From NCBI GenBank assembly GCA_947454305.1, contig CANGJE010000005.1, forward strand, positions 7,509 through 71,508: a stretch of DNA of 64,000 nt, written 5' to 3'. Below, in pieces: positions 49,786 through 60,300 of this stretch. The notes beneath the pieces are model-generated. The model was not told the origin of the DNA and searched no databases. It worked only from the letters and a program-made list of their open reading frames with translations. The stretch's first letter is position 1. Each line of letters starts with the position of its first letter. This stretch comes from Oxalobacteraceae bacterium (GTDB taxonomy: Bacteria; Pseudomonadota; Gammaproteobacteria; Burkholderiales; Burkholderiaceae_D). Position numbers and translations under genes: made by a program.

Positions 49786-50640
49786 ATGGTCGAGTCATCT
49801 AAAGTATCTAAGCGCCACTTTAGCGTTGAATTTTTTCCGCCAAAAACAAGCGAGGGTGCCGATAAGCTTCGTGCTACGCGCCAATCACTGGCGCAATTAA
49901 AGCCTGAGTATTTTTCAGTCACCTTTGGTGCTGGCGGCTCTACCCAATCGGGTACGCGTGACACAGTTTTTGAAATTCAAAAAGAAGGCCATGACGCCGC
50001 ACCGCATGTTTCATGCATAGGTCGATCGCGTGCAGATTTACGCGAAATTCTGACAGAGTACAAATCAGCAGGTATACGCCGCTTAGTCGCTTTGCGTGGT
50101 GATTTGCCGAGCGGATTTGGCGGTTCTTCCGGCGACTTCAACCATGCCAATGAATTGATTGAATTTATTCGCGCTGAAACAGGTGATTTGTTTCATATCG
50201 AAGCTGCGGCGTATCCCGAGATGCATCCGCAGGCCAAATCACCCCAAGACGATTTGCAAAATTTTGCGCGCAAAGTAAAAGCAGGCGCCAATTCAGCGAT
50301 CACGCAGTACTTCTATAACGCTGATGCGTATTTCCGTTTTGTGGATGATGCGCACAAAATGGGCATTGATGTACCGGTAGTGGCAGGCATTATGCCGATT
50401 ACTAATTACACACAGTTGATGCGGTTTTCTGAAATGTGTGGTGCAGAGATTCCGCGCTGGATACGGCTCAAGCTAGCTAGCTTTGGCGATGACAGCCAAG
50501 CTATACGAGCGTTTGGTTTAGATGTTGTCACTGCGCTGTGTGAGCGTTTGCTTGAGGGTGGCGCTCCAAGCTTGCATTTTTATTCGCTGAATCAGGCCGG
50601 CCCAACGACAGCTATTTTGCAGCAACTCAATCGCAGTTAA
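49786..50640 (+). CDS. metF: 5,10-methylenetetrahydrofolate reductase
   Basis: SVEFFPPKT, SVTFGAGG, LRGD, ITQYFY, HFYSLN. Confidence 0.97.
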   Translation: MVESSKVSKRHFSVEFFPPKTSEGADKLRATRQSLAQLKPEYFSVTFGAGGSTQSGTRDTVFEIQKEGHDAAPHVSCIGRSRADLREILTEYKSAGIRRLVALRGDLPSGFGGSSGDFNHANELIEFIRAETGDLFHIEAAAYPEMHPQAKSPQDDLQNFARKVKAGANSAITQYFYNADAYFRFVDDAHKMGIDVPVVAGIMPITNYTQLMRFSEMCGAEIPRWIRLKLASFGDDSQAIRAFGLDVVTALCERLLEGGAPSLHFYSLNQAGPTTAILQQLNRS

Positions 50641-50684
50641 GTCGCTGTACGTAGAAATTTGGACTGCGTAGTCAAAGCCTAGGG

Positions 50685-51227
50685 CTAGTCTGTGATGATC
50701 AAGTCGAGCGGGATGTCATGTGCTTCGACCGCAAACTGAGCGCGAGTGATTGCATAAGCTATTCCTATCGCTGTGGGTTTTGGTTCTTTTGCCAAGGTGC
50801 GATCAAAATAGCCGCCGCCATAACCTAATCGAAATCCTTCATCATTAAATCCTACGCAGGGTACGAGCACTACGGCAGGTTGTAGAGCGTGTTCTCGTTT
50901 AGCAGGTGCCATTGTTCCACTGGCATCGCGGGCCAGTGGTTCACCCGGCTGCCAGGGAACGTAGATAAGTGCTTGGTTTTTTTCCAAAACTACAGGCATG
51001 GCGAGCGTGATACCGCGCGAGTTTAGTGTTTCATACAGAGACATAAGCTCAGGTTCAGCCGACATCGCGATATAAGCCCCGAGAGATGCTGGCTGATGCA
51101 CATCCAACCATTCAGAAAGTCGCTGCAGGATGCGCGCATCTGCCATGGCTTTTGCATCAGCGTCCATGTTGCGGCGAGCTGCGATGAGTTGCTGACGTAA
51201 TTCTGCTTTATTTGTTGGTGTTTGCAT
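50685..51227 (-). CDS. 5-formyltetrahydrofolate cyclo-ligase
   Basis: K.ELR, VLVPCVGF...RLGYGGGYFDR. Confidence 0.93.
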   Translation of the reverse strand: MQTPTNKAELRQQLIAARRNMDADAKAMADARILQRLSEWLDVHQPASLGAYIAMSAEPELMSLYETLNSRGITLAMPVVLEKNQALIYVPWQPGEPLARDASGTMAPAKREHALQPAVVLVPCVGFNDEGFRLGYGGGYFDRTLAKEPKPTAIGIAYAITRAQFAVEAHDIPLDLIITD

Positions 51228-51380
51228 TGCTAAAAATAGCCGCTTTCATGTCGATAGTCCTTAATGCTGCATGGTATTCTAAGAGACTATAAAGGAACGA
51301 CGCTATGCATGTTGTAAAGGCATGAAATTTTGTCATTACTTTTAATTTTTTACACTTATTTTTTAACTAGTAATTCATTC

Positions 51381-53387
51381 ATGAAAATTACGGATGTATC
51401 GATGATGCGCACGGCCCGCACAGTTTTTTCGGCCATGAGGCAGCATCTTTCTGTGGCCTTACTAGTCACAGCGCTGATTCCGATGGCGCATGCCACGACA
51501 GCCATCAAACGTGCCATCATGGTTGGTGGCGGCGCTGATGCAGATTTCATCACCTTGCGCGATGCGTCTGCACGCGGCGACATGGGTGATACTGGGCGAC
51601 TGGCGGCTCGCTTAACGGATTACCCTATTCAATCCTATGTTGAATATTACCGTCTCTATCCGCGTCTTGTATCGACACCGGAAGGTGAAATTCGTAGCTA
51701 CCTGAATCGTTATGACGGCACCGCAATCGCTGATCGTCTGCGCAATGATTGGTTACTGATCTTGGGGCGAGCGCGTGACTGGCGATTGTTTGATGAACAA
51801 TATCCCTTATTTGTTTTGAACGATGATTTGCAAGTGAAGTGCTATGCGCTTTCATCACGTGTTGCGAAAGGTGAACATGTCGTTAAAGCAGCGCGCGAGT
51901 TACTCGTACAACCCAAGAACTATGGCGAAGCCTGCGTTGATTTGATTCATCGCCTGTATCAGGATAAGCAGTTTGGAGAAGCAGATATTTGGCGCCAAGT
52001 TCGTTTAGCTGCTGAATATGGCGCAACAAGTGCAGCCAAGCGTATTGCGTATTTTATCGATGTCAGCGAGCGCCAGCTCATGCCAGCAATTGATCGATCC
52101 TCTGCATTTGTTGAGCGGGGAGCGGCAGGTTCGCAAGCGGTACGTGAATTGTTCGTCATTGCCTTAGGCCGAGTTGCGAAAGATAACCCAGACAAGGCCG
52201 AACGTGCATTACATAAATCCTTGTTTCGACTAAACCATGAAGAACAGTCACAAGCGTGGGCGCAGATCGCCTTGCACTCTTCGATGGGACTCTCAAAAGA
52301 AGCCGCTAACTTGTGGCGTAAGACCTGGGATGCAACCTTGTCACCGGATGGTCATCAATGGCGCGTTCGTGCCGCCTTGCGCGATGGTGATTGGCCTATG
52401 GTGGCACGTTCTATCGACAGCATGCCGCGTGAACTTCAAAAAGATCCTACGTGGATTTATTGGCGTGGTCGCGCTCACCTCGCACAGCATCACACCGAAG
52501 ATGCGCAAAAATTATTTCAAACCATCTCAAGTCAGCCTACTTTTTATGGAATTTTGGCAGCGGAAGAGTTGAGTCAAAAACTAGTGGTGCCACCGCGTCC
52601 ATCAGCACCCACTGCAGAAGAAATGTCTGAGGCGATGTCGAATCCCGGTTTCCGTAATTCACTCAAGCTACTTGATCTTGATTTGCGTTTCGAAGGAAAT
52701 CGCGAGTGGAATTGGCAGTTACGTAAACTCAATGATCGTCAATTATTAGCTGCTGGTGAATTTGCACGCCAGAGCGGTGTATTAGATCGTATGGTGACAA
52801 CAGCGGATCGTGCGAAGGTAGAGTTGGATTTCACGCAGCGTTTTCCAACGCCGCATGACGACATCATGCAAACAGCTATTCAGCCTCTGAGCTTGGATAA
52901 GGCGTGGGTGTATGGTTTGATTCGACAGGAGTCTCGTTTCATGAAATCGGCCCGCTCGAATGTGGGTGCTTCCGGCTTGATGCAAATCATGCCAGCCACT
53001 GCAAACTATGTCGCGCGCAAGGTAGGCATGTCAGGTTTTTCGCTTAGCAACTTGAATGACACTAGAACTAATATCACCCTGGGGACTCACTATTTGAATA
53101 TGGTGTTGGGTAATCTGGGAGGCTCACAGACCTTAGCAACCGCTGCCTACAATGCGGGCCCAAGCCGTCCGCGACTGTGGCGAGCGACGCTTGAAAAACC
53201 CATTGAGGGAGCGATCTTTGCTGAGACGATTCCTTTTTCAGAAACCCGAGGTTATGTAAAAAATGTGTTGGCGAATGCTACCTGCTATTCGGCTTTGTTT
53301 GAAAATAAAGGACCTTCCTTGAAATCACGTTTGGGCATCATATCGCCACGTGACGCTATGCTTAATGAAATCGGTGATTTACCCTAA
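51381..53387 (+). CDS. slt: soluble lytic murein transglycosylase (Slt70-like)
   Basis: IRQESRF, GASGLMQIMPAT, AAYNAGP, IPFSETRGYV; ATG 51381. Confidence 0.92.
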   Translation: MKITDVSMMRTARTVFSAMRQHLSVALLVTALIPMAHATTAIKRAIMVGGGADADFITLRDASARGDMGDTGRLAARLTDYPIQSYVEYYRLYPRLVSTPEGEIRSYLNRYDGTAIADRLRNDWLLILGRARDWRLFDEQYPLFVLNDDLQVKCYALSSRVAKGEHVVKAARELLVQPKNYGEACVDLIHRLYQDKQFGEADIWRQVRLAAEYGATSAAKRIAYFIDVSERQLMPAIDRSSAFVERGAAGSQAVRELFVIALGRVAKDNPDKAERALHKSLFRLNHEEQSQAWAQIALHSSMGLSKEAANLWRKTWDATLSPDGHQWRVRAALRDGDWPMVARSIDSMPRELQKDPTWIYWRGRAHLAQHHTEDAQKLFQTISSQPTFYGILAAEELSQKLVVPPRPSAPTAEEMSEAMSNPGFRNSLKLLDLDLRFEGNREWNWQLRKLNDRQLLAAGEFARQSGVLDRMVTTADRAKVELDFTQRFPTPHDDIMQTAIQPLSLDKAWVYGLIRQESRFMKSARSNVGASGLMQIMPATANYVARKVGMSGFSLSNLNDTRTNITLGTHYLNMVLGNLGGSQTLATAAYNAGPSRPRLWRATLEKPIEGAIFAETIPFSETRGYVKNVLANATCYSALFENKGPSLKSRLGIISPRDAMLNEIGDLP

Positions 53388-53397
53388 GATGCCAAAC

Positions 53398-54312
53398 ATG
53401 CGACACGAATCTATTTTAGTTATTGGTGGTAGCGGATTTATCGGTTCACATATCGTGGCTCAACTAGCCGCAACCGGTCGCCGCGTTATTGTGCCCACGC
53501 GCCGACACCATCGCGCGCGTCACTTAACCGTATTGCCGACAGTTCAGTTAATTGAAGCTGATGTGTATGATCCGTCGGCACTCGATCGTTTGATGCAGCA
53601 TGCAGATGCTGTGATCAATTTAGTCGGTGTGCTGCATTCATCCGGAGGCACCCCATGGGGACCGGCATTTGAGCGTGCTCACGTTGAGTTGCCGCGACGT
53701 TTAGTGGCGGCATGTCAGCGTCAGGGACTGAAGCGTTTTTTGCATATGAGTGCGCTGGGTGCTGATGAGCACGGCCCTTCTATGTATCAACGATCCAAAG
53801 CGGCGGGCGAAAAAATAATGGTTGAAGCAAGAGGTCTTGAGTTGACGTCGTTTCGCCCATCGGTAGTATTTGGGCCTGAAGACAATTTTCTCAACATGTT
53901 TGCGCAGCTTCAGTCCGTGTTGCCTGTATTGGCGCTGGGTGGTGTGCAAACAAAATTTCAACCGGTGTTTGTAGGCGATGTTGCGCAGGCGTTTGTGCAG
54001 GCACTTGAGAATGTTGACACCATTGGCCAGATCTATGAATTGGTTGGGCCGACTATCTATAGCATGAAAGAATTGTTGAATCTTTCTGGTGTGTATAGCG
54101 GTCATCCGCGGCCTGTCATTGAATTGCCTAATGCGCTCGCTCGAATACAAGCCTTCCTGCTGGAGCATATGCCTGGCGGTCCGATCATGAGTCGCGACAA
54201 TCTCGATTCAATGAAAGTGGACAATGTTGCCACGGGTCTCCACTCCACACCTCCTGCGTGGCAAGCCACGCCATTAGAAGCGGTGGCACCTCGCTACCTT
54301 GCCCCTCACTGA
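53398..54312 (+). CDS. NDUFA9-like atypical SDR (NAD-dependent epimerase family)
   Basis: GGSGFIG, VINLVG, HMSALGA, Y.RSK, RPSVVFG. Confidence 0.88.
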   Translation: MRHESILVIGGSGFIGSHIVAQLAATGRRVIVPTRRHHRARHLTVLPTVQLIEADVYDPSALDRLMQHADAVINLVGVLHSSGGTPWGPAFERAHVELPRRLVAACQRQGLKRFLHMSALGADEHGPSMYQRSKAAGEKIMVEARGLELTSFRPSVVFGPEDNFLNMFAQLQSVLPVLALGGVQTKFQPVFVGDVAQAFVQALENVDTIGQIYELVGPTIYSMKELLNLSGVYSGHPRPVIELPNALARIQAFLLEHMPGGPIMSRDNLDSMKVDNVATGLHSTPPAWQATPLEAVAPRYLAPH

Positions 54313-54317
54313 TCACG

Positions 54318-55508
54318 ATGCCACCGACCTACAAAATTTATGTTGTGGGCGGAGCAGTGCGTGATGCGCTGATGGGTTTGCCCGTCAAAGATAGAGATTA
54401 CGTAGTGGTTGGTGCGACTCCTGAGCAGATGAAAGCGGAGGGCTTCATTGCGGTAGGCAAGGATTTTCCAGTTTTTCTCCATCCCACAACGCATGAAGAA
54501 TATGCCTTAGCACGCACTGAACGAAAAACTGCGCCGGGTTATACGGGCTTCGCATTTCATGCAGCGCCCGATGTCACGTTGGAGCAAGATTTACAGCGAC
54601 GTGATCTAACGATCAATGCAATCGCACAAGATACTGACGGCACGCTGATCGATCCTTGTGATGGTCAAGCCGATATTAAAAACAAAGTATTTCGACATGT
54701 CTCCACCGCCTTTGCGGAAGACCCTGTGCGTATATTGCGTCTTGCACGTTTTGCGGCGCGGTTCATAGAATTTAGTGTCGCACCGCAGACAGCCAATCTT
54801 ATGCATCAGATGGTTGAGTCAGGCGAAGCAGATGCGTTGGTGTCGGAAAGAGTGTGGCAAGAAATTGCGCGCGGCTTAATGGAGGAGCGTCCTTCATGTA
54901 TGTTTGCGGTGTTGCGTGAGTGTGGAGCGCTGAAGCGTTTGATGCCCGAACTTGATGGATTGCTTAATCAATCAATCGATACGCAGTCAGACTTATCCAC
55001 TACTACTGCTGCTGCGATAATAATGAACGAATTAGATATCGCAGCACAAGCAGGCGTATCGCTGCCCATTCGTTTTTCAGTGATTGCCTATCACCTAGCG
55101 AGTGAGCAGCTAGCGCTGGACTTGTGCCATCGATTAAAGCTGCCGAATGAAGTGAAAGATCTGGCGGTGATGGCTGCGCGTGAGCGTTACACCATTCTCG
55201 GCACTACTGAGATGGCGGCAGATTCAATCGTCAAACTACTTGAGCGTTGCGATGCATTTCGTAAAACGGATAGGTTCAAAGATCTATTGACGCTGCATGA
55301 ATTAATTCATCGAAGCAGTAATGACGATGGCGTATTATTTTCAATTAAGCTATTGCAAGCTTCGCTTGAATCAGCACAATCGATCAACGCAGGTCAGATC
55401 GCTGCTACGGTAGCGATTGAATATCCTCAAAATCCTGCGCATCATATTGCTGCCGCAGTGCATGCCGCACGGGTGAGTGCAGTGCAATGTGTAGTAAACC
55501 ATAGATAA
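54318..55508 (+). CDS. cca: CCA tRNA nucleotidyltransferase (HD domain degenerate)
   Basis: VGGAVRD, DRD, RRDLTINA, EDPVRILR, ERVWQE. Confidence 0.92.
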   Translation: MPPTYKIYVVGGAVRDALMGLPVKDRDYVVVGATPEQMKAEGFIAVGKDFPVFLHPTTHEEYALARTERKTAPGYTGFAFHAAPDVTLEQDLQRRDLTINAIAQDTDGTLIDPCDGQADIKNKVFRHVSTAFAEDPVRILRLARFAARFIEFSVAPQTANLMHQMVESGEADALVSERVWQEIARGLMEERPSCMFAVLRECGALKRLMPELDGLLNQSIDTQSDLSTTTAAAIIMNELDIAAQAGVSLPIRFSVIAYHLASEQLALDLCHRLKLPNEVKDLAVMAARERYTILGTTEMAADSIVKLLERCDAFRKTDRFKDLLTLHELIHRSSNDDGVLFSIKLLQASLESAQSINAGQIAATVAIEYPQNPAHHIAAAVHAARVSAVQCVVNHR

Positions 55509-55540
55509 AAAAACGGATCCGATGAGTTGATCGGATCCGT
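55506..55540 (-). terminator. intrinsic terminator (minus-strand U7; may act bidirectionally)
   Basis: Perfect 11-bp stem ACGGATCCGAT/ATCGGATCCGT. Confidence 0.8.
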
Positions 55541-55650
55541 AAACACGCCTATAGAGTTAGGCGTGGAGACGTGGCAAAAAGCCACCGTGGAGTAAAAAAT
55601 TCACATCACCATTTCTGAAGCAATCAAATTAATTCAAGATGTTGAAACGC

Positions 55651-56118
55651 TTATTTGGGACTTGGGCGCATAGTCATTTTCATTTCATCTTCACTCAGCT
55701 TGCCGTCCTTGTTGGTGTCAAGTTTGTCGAAGTCGCGTGATAGGCGTTTCATGTGTGCCGCTTCAACTTCAGCGCGACTGAGGAATCCATCACCATCTTT
55801 GTCTGCGCTTTTCCAGTGATCACGCATTTTTTCGCGCATGCCTTCGCGAAATTCGTCATGCATAATTTTGTGATGGGCTTGCATTTCTTCTTTTGAAATG
55901 AAGCCATCTTTGTTGGTATCAATTTCATTGAACATGCGATCGGTTCCTTCGCGCGCTTCATCGCGGCTAATACGACCGTCACTATTTTTATCAAATTTTG
56001 AAAAGGCGGGAGGCATCTTGTCTCCGTGCATGCCGCTACTTTCGTGATCATCAGCAAGCGCGAAGGTACTACTGGCGAGCGTAGCTAGCAGCATTGAAAT
56101 GGCGGTGACGTTTTTCAT
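55651..56118 (-). CDS. exported EF-hand calcium-binding protein (4 EF-hands)
   Basis: Signal peptide; loops DKNSDGRISRDE, DTNKDGFISKEE, DKDGDGFLSRAE, DTNKDGKLSEDE. Confidence 0.9.
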   Translation of the reverse strand: MKNVTAISMLLATLASSTFALADDHESSGMHGDKMPPAFSKFDKNSDGRISRDEAREGTDRMFNEIDTNKDGFISKEEMQAHHKIMHDEFREGMREKMRDHWKSADKDGDGFLSRAEVEAAHMKRLSRDFDKLDTNKDGKLSEDEMKMTMRPSPK

Positions 56119-56190
56119 GATTACCTCGTTGTAATGGTATGAGTCCCTATCGTGATTCACGCGACCCGCATACCACCGAGGATTTACTGC

Positions 56191-56219
56191 TTGTTACAGA
56201 TCTGTCAGGGCTTGTCAGC
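56191..56219 (-). promoter_or_regulatory. putative OmpR-family response-regulator direct repeats
   Basis: TGTTA/TGTCA at 56192, 56203 and 56213 (11- and 10-nt spacing) upstream of the EF-hand gene. Confidence 0.45.
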
Positions 56220-56241
56220 CAAATGCGGGAAATAGTTCTAC

Positions 56242-57150
56242 CTAGTAACCGTAGGCATGTAGCAAAAATTGCTGAAATGCTTCTGCCGGTGTGCTGATTT
56301 CTTTTTCCGGATTCCATAGCGCACCCACTTCCATTGGTGGCACAAGATCAAGAATAGGGCGTGCTTCAATCCGTTTACCTTCGAGCGACCAAGGGCGAAA
56401 CACCATGTCAGACAATACAGTGACACCAAAGCCATGCGCCACCAGACCACGCACAGCCTCGATCGAAGTCGTACGAAACACAATTTTAGGTTTGATGCGA
56501 CGTGATTTCCAGTAGCCTAATGTCGACAATTCAGCTTCATCGGTTGTCACCATGATGTAGGGATGTTGCGCAATGTCTTTGAGCGATGGCGAAGCAATTT
56601 TGGCTAAAGCATGGCCGGGCGCGACCCATAGTTGTCGGCGCGAACGCACTAGCACGGCGTGAGCAAAGCGCTCTAGTTTGTCAATGTTTGAGAGAATCGC
56701 CACGCCGAGATCGACTTCTTTATTAAGAACTGCGCGTTCAATTTCAGTTCGGTCCATGTCACGCAGATCAATTTCCACGTCGGGATAGCTCGCTCGAAAG
56801 CGCGCCAATAAATCAGGAAGAAAGTAGCCCAACACGGTATAGGAAGCTGCCACGCTGACTTTGCCGCGCAGAGCATTAGTGCGATAACGCGGCTTGTGAG
56901 TCGCATCGCGTACCGAATCCAAAATATGGCAAGCGTGGTGAAAGAAATCCTGTCCGTCAGCTGTCAGCGAAACGCCTTGAGCCAGCCGCTCAAATAGCCT
57001 GACGCCCAATTCTTTTTCCAGCGCCAGTACGGCGTTGGTGATGGCTGACTGCGAGACGCTCTCGCTGGTAGCGGCCATGGAAAACTGGCCGTTGCGGGCT
57101 GCTGAGACGAAATAGCGCAGTTGGCGCAGGGTGACGTTATTGATGGCCAT
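56242..57150 (-). CDS. LysR-family transcriptional regulator
   Basis: LRQLRYF, SQSAIT.AV..LEKELGVRLFER; divergent from the oxidoreductase. Confidence 0.95.
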   Translation of the reverse strand: MAINNVTLRQLRYFVSAARNGQFSMAATSESVSQSAITNAVLALEKELGVRLFERLAQGVSLTADGQDFFHHACHILDSVRDATHKPRYRTNALRGKVSVAASYTVLGYFLPDLLARFRASYPDVEIDLRDMDRTEIERAVLNKEVDLGVAILSNIDKLERFAHAVLVRSRRQLWVAPGHALAKIASPSLKDIAQHPYIMVTTDEAELSTLGYWKSRRIKPKIVFRTTSIEAVRGLVAHGFGVTVLSDMVFRPWSLEGKRIEARPILDLVPPMEVGALWNPEKEISTPAEAFQQFLLHAYGY

Positions 57151-57162
57151 GGTCTAGATAAG

Positions 57163-57230
57163 GTATGTGTTTTTCAGATACGATGCTTGCGTATTTGTGA
57201 TTTTACGATACCTGAGGGTCTGCCTATACT
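57163..57230. promoter_or_regulatory. divergent promoter region with LysR-type dyad
   Basis: GTAT-N11-ATAC at 57163-57181; TATACT -10 at 57225-57230. Confidence 0.45.
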
Positions 57231-57321
57231 TTGGCACTTATATAGGCAAACGACCTATATTGTCGGGTGAGTCGGCGTCGAGATTTGAGTTTAGTAATAC
57301 AGAAAAATTATTGGGGACTTT

Positions 57322-60300
57322 ATGAACGCACCATTGGATAGGCAGCAGGCACTGCAGCCAGACGCTATTTCCCTTGACGATAAATACACGCTTGATCGCG
57401 GGCGTGTTTTTCTGACCGGCACACAAGCCATCATTCGTTTGCCCATGATGCAGCGCCAGCGTGATCTGGCGGCAGGGCTAAATACGGCGGGATTCATTAC
57501 TGGCTATCGCGGCTCACCCTTGGGCTCTGTCGATCAAACGGCGATGAAGGCAAAAAAATATCTTGATGCACACCACGTGCGTTTTCAACCCGGTGTGAAT
57601 GAAGATTTGGCTGCCACATCGATCTGGGGCACTCAGCAAGTCAATTTATTTCCGGGTGCTAAATACGATGGTGTGTTTTCTATCTGGTACGGCAAAGGGC
57701 CGGGTGTTGATCGTTCCGGTGACGTATTCAAGCATGCGGTCGGTGCCGGAACGGCACCTCACGGTGGCGTATTAGCCTTAGCAGGTGATGATCACGCTGC
57801 TAAGTCATCGACGAATGCTCATCAGAGTGAACACATTCTGAAAGCGTGTGGCATTCCTGTTTTATTTCCCTCATCGGTACAAGAATATTTAGATTACGGT
57901 TTGCATGGTTGGGCCATGAGCCGCTACACCGGTTTGTGGGTAGGTATGAAATGCGTCACCGATGTAGTTGAGTCGGGTGCGACCGTTGATATCGATCCGA
58001 ATCGTGTGCAGATAGTGATGCCTGAAGATTTCGATATGCCGCCTAGCGGATTAAATATTCGCTGGCCCGATGGCATTCTCGAACAAGAAGAGCGACTGGT
58101 TAATTACAAATGGTATGCAGCATTAGCGTATGCGCGTGCGAATAAACTGAATCGTGTGATCTGGGATAGCCCGAATGCACGCTTTGGCATTATGACTGCA
58201 GGTAAGTCGTATCTTGACACTCGTCAGGCACTGGAAGATTTGGGCATTGATGAAAACGTCGCCCGCGATATCGGATTACGACTCTACAAAGTAGGTATGA
58301 CGTGGCCACTTGAGGCTGAAGGTGCGCGCCAATTTGCGACCGGTCTGGAAGAAATTTTAGTCGTCGAAGAAAAACGTCAACTACTGGAATACCAACTCAA
58401 AGAAGAACTCTATAACTGGCGCAATGACGTGCGTCCACGTGTGGTTGGTAAATTCGATGACACAGGTGAATGGAGTAACACTCGTCGCAGTGGTCATGGT
58501 GAGTGGCTGTTGCCGGGCACGTATGAATTAAATCCTACGCAAATTGCGCGTGCAATCGCAGCGCGTATTTCAAAGTATTTTGCAGGACATCCGATTGAGC
58601 AGCGCGTGCGTGAACGTATCGCTTATTTAGAGTCGCGTGAAGCGGTATTAAAAGTGAGTGTGAAGCCCGACGCACAAAAAGATCGCACGCCGTATTTTTG
58701 TTCTGGTTGTCCACACAACACCTCAACGCGCGTACCGGAAGGCAGTCGTGCTCTGGCAGGTATTGGCTGCCATTACATGGCGTTGTGGATGGATCGCTCG
58801 ACCTCGACATTTACTCACATGGGCGCTGAGGGCACGACGTGGATTGGTCATTCACCATTCACGACCGAAGAGCATGTGTTCGCAAATATCGGCGATGGTA
58901 CTTACTATCACTCAGGCTTACTGGCTATTCGCGCCGCTGCAGCATCCAAGGTCAACATGACCTATAAAATTTTGTTTAACGATGCCGTCGCGATGACAGG
59001 TGGTCAAACGCATGATGGTCCGCTAGATCCACCCACTATTTCGCGTCAAGTGGCTGCCGAAGGCGTCCATCCGATTGTGGTTGTCACCGACGAGCCGGAT
59101 AAATACCCTTCGAATACCGATTGGGCGCCGGGCACCACCGTGCGTCATCGCAGTGAGCTCGATGCCGTTCAACGTGAGCTGCGTGAAGTAAAAGGTGTCT
59201 CAGCAATTATTTACGATCAAACCTGCGCTTCCGAGAAACGTCGCCGCCGCAAACGTAATGCCTTCCCCGATCCGGCTAAGCGTGCTGTTATTAATGAAGC
59301 CGTGTGCGAAGGTTGTGGCGATTGCAGTGTGAAATCGAATTGTCTCTCTGTTGAGCCAATGGAGACAGAGTTTGGCCGCAAGCGTCAAATCAATCAGTCG
59401 AGCTGCAATAAAGATTTTTCGTGCGTCACTGGATTTTGTCCTAGCTTTGTCACTGTAGAAGGTGGTCAGCTGAAAAAACCAAAGAAAGCCGCGGTTAAAA
59501 ATCTTGGTGGCGCAACAGAGTCAGCGTTAACACGTGCTGCTGCATTGCCAGCGCCGGTGCTGTCTACATTAGAGCAAGCCTATGGCGTGCTGGTGACGGG
59601 TATCGGTGGTACCGGAGTGGTCACAGTAGGTCAGATCTTGGCGATGGCAGCGCACGTGGCAGGTAAGGCGTGCAGTGTGCTCGACATGAGTGGACTGGCG
59701 CAAAAAGGTGGGCCGGTGATGTCGCATGTTCGTTTAGCTGATCGTGATGATCAAATTCACTCTACGCGTGTAGGTACTGGCGCTGCTGATTTGGTCGTGG
59801 GATGCGATGTGATCGTGGCAGCCAGCAAAGATGCGATTGCGCGTATGGGTCAGGGTAGAACGCATGCGGTAATTAATTCCACACTCGCGCCAACAGCCGC
59901 GTTTGTCAAAAATCCTGATTGGAAATATCCCGATGCTGATGCCGCCGATAGCATTCGCAAAGCCTGTGGTGACGAGGCAGTAGCCGCTGTCGATGCAGGC
60001 AACATTGCGACGACCTTGATGGGTGATTCGATTGCCACCAATATGTTTATGCTGGGTTACGCTTGGCAACGCGGTTGGGTTCCATTGTCGGAAGCAGCGC
60101 TCTTGAAAGCGATTGAATTGAACGGTGTGTCCGTCGATTTCAATCAACAATCGTTTGCTTGGGGACGACTGGCTGCGCATGATATCGATGCGCTTCAAAA
60201 AGATTTGAAAGCGCTCGCTCCTGCTCAGGTGATTGAATTCAAACGTGCACCTAGCGTAGATGAATTAATCAATCGCCGCGTCAGCTTTTTAACGAACTAT

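Noticed and set aside
51228-51380. 6S RNA upstream of the 5-FTHF cyclo-ligase (as in E. coli ssrS-ygfA)
   Set aside because: The spacer is only about 150 nt, AT-rich, and lacks the long rod-like 6S structure
35673-55641. Shared 10-mer ATTCAAGATG in the 3' regions of the porin and EF-hand genes
   Set aside because: A single 10-nt match among several kb of intergenic DNA is expected by chance
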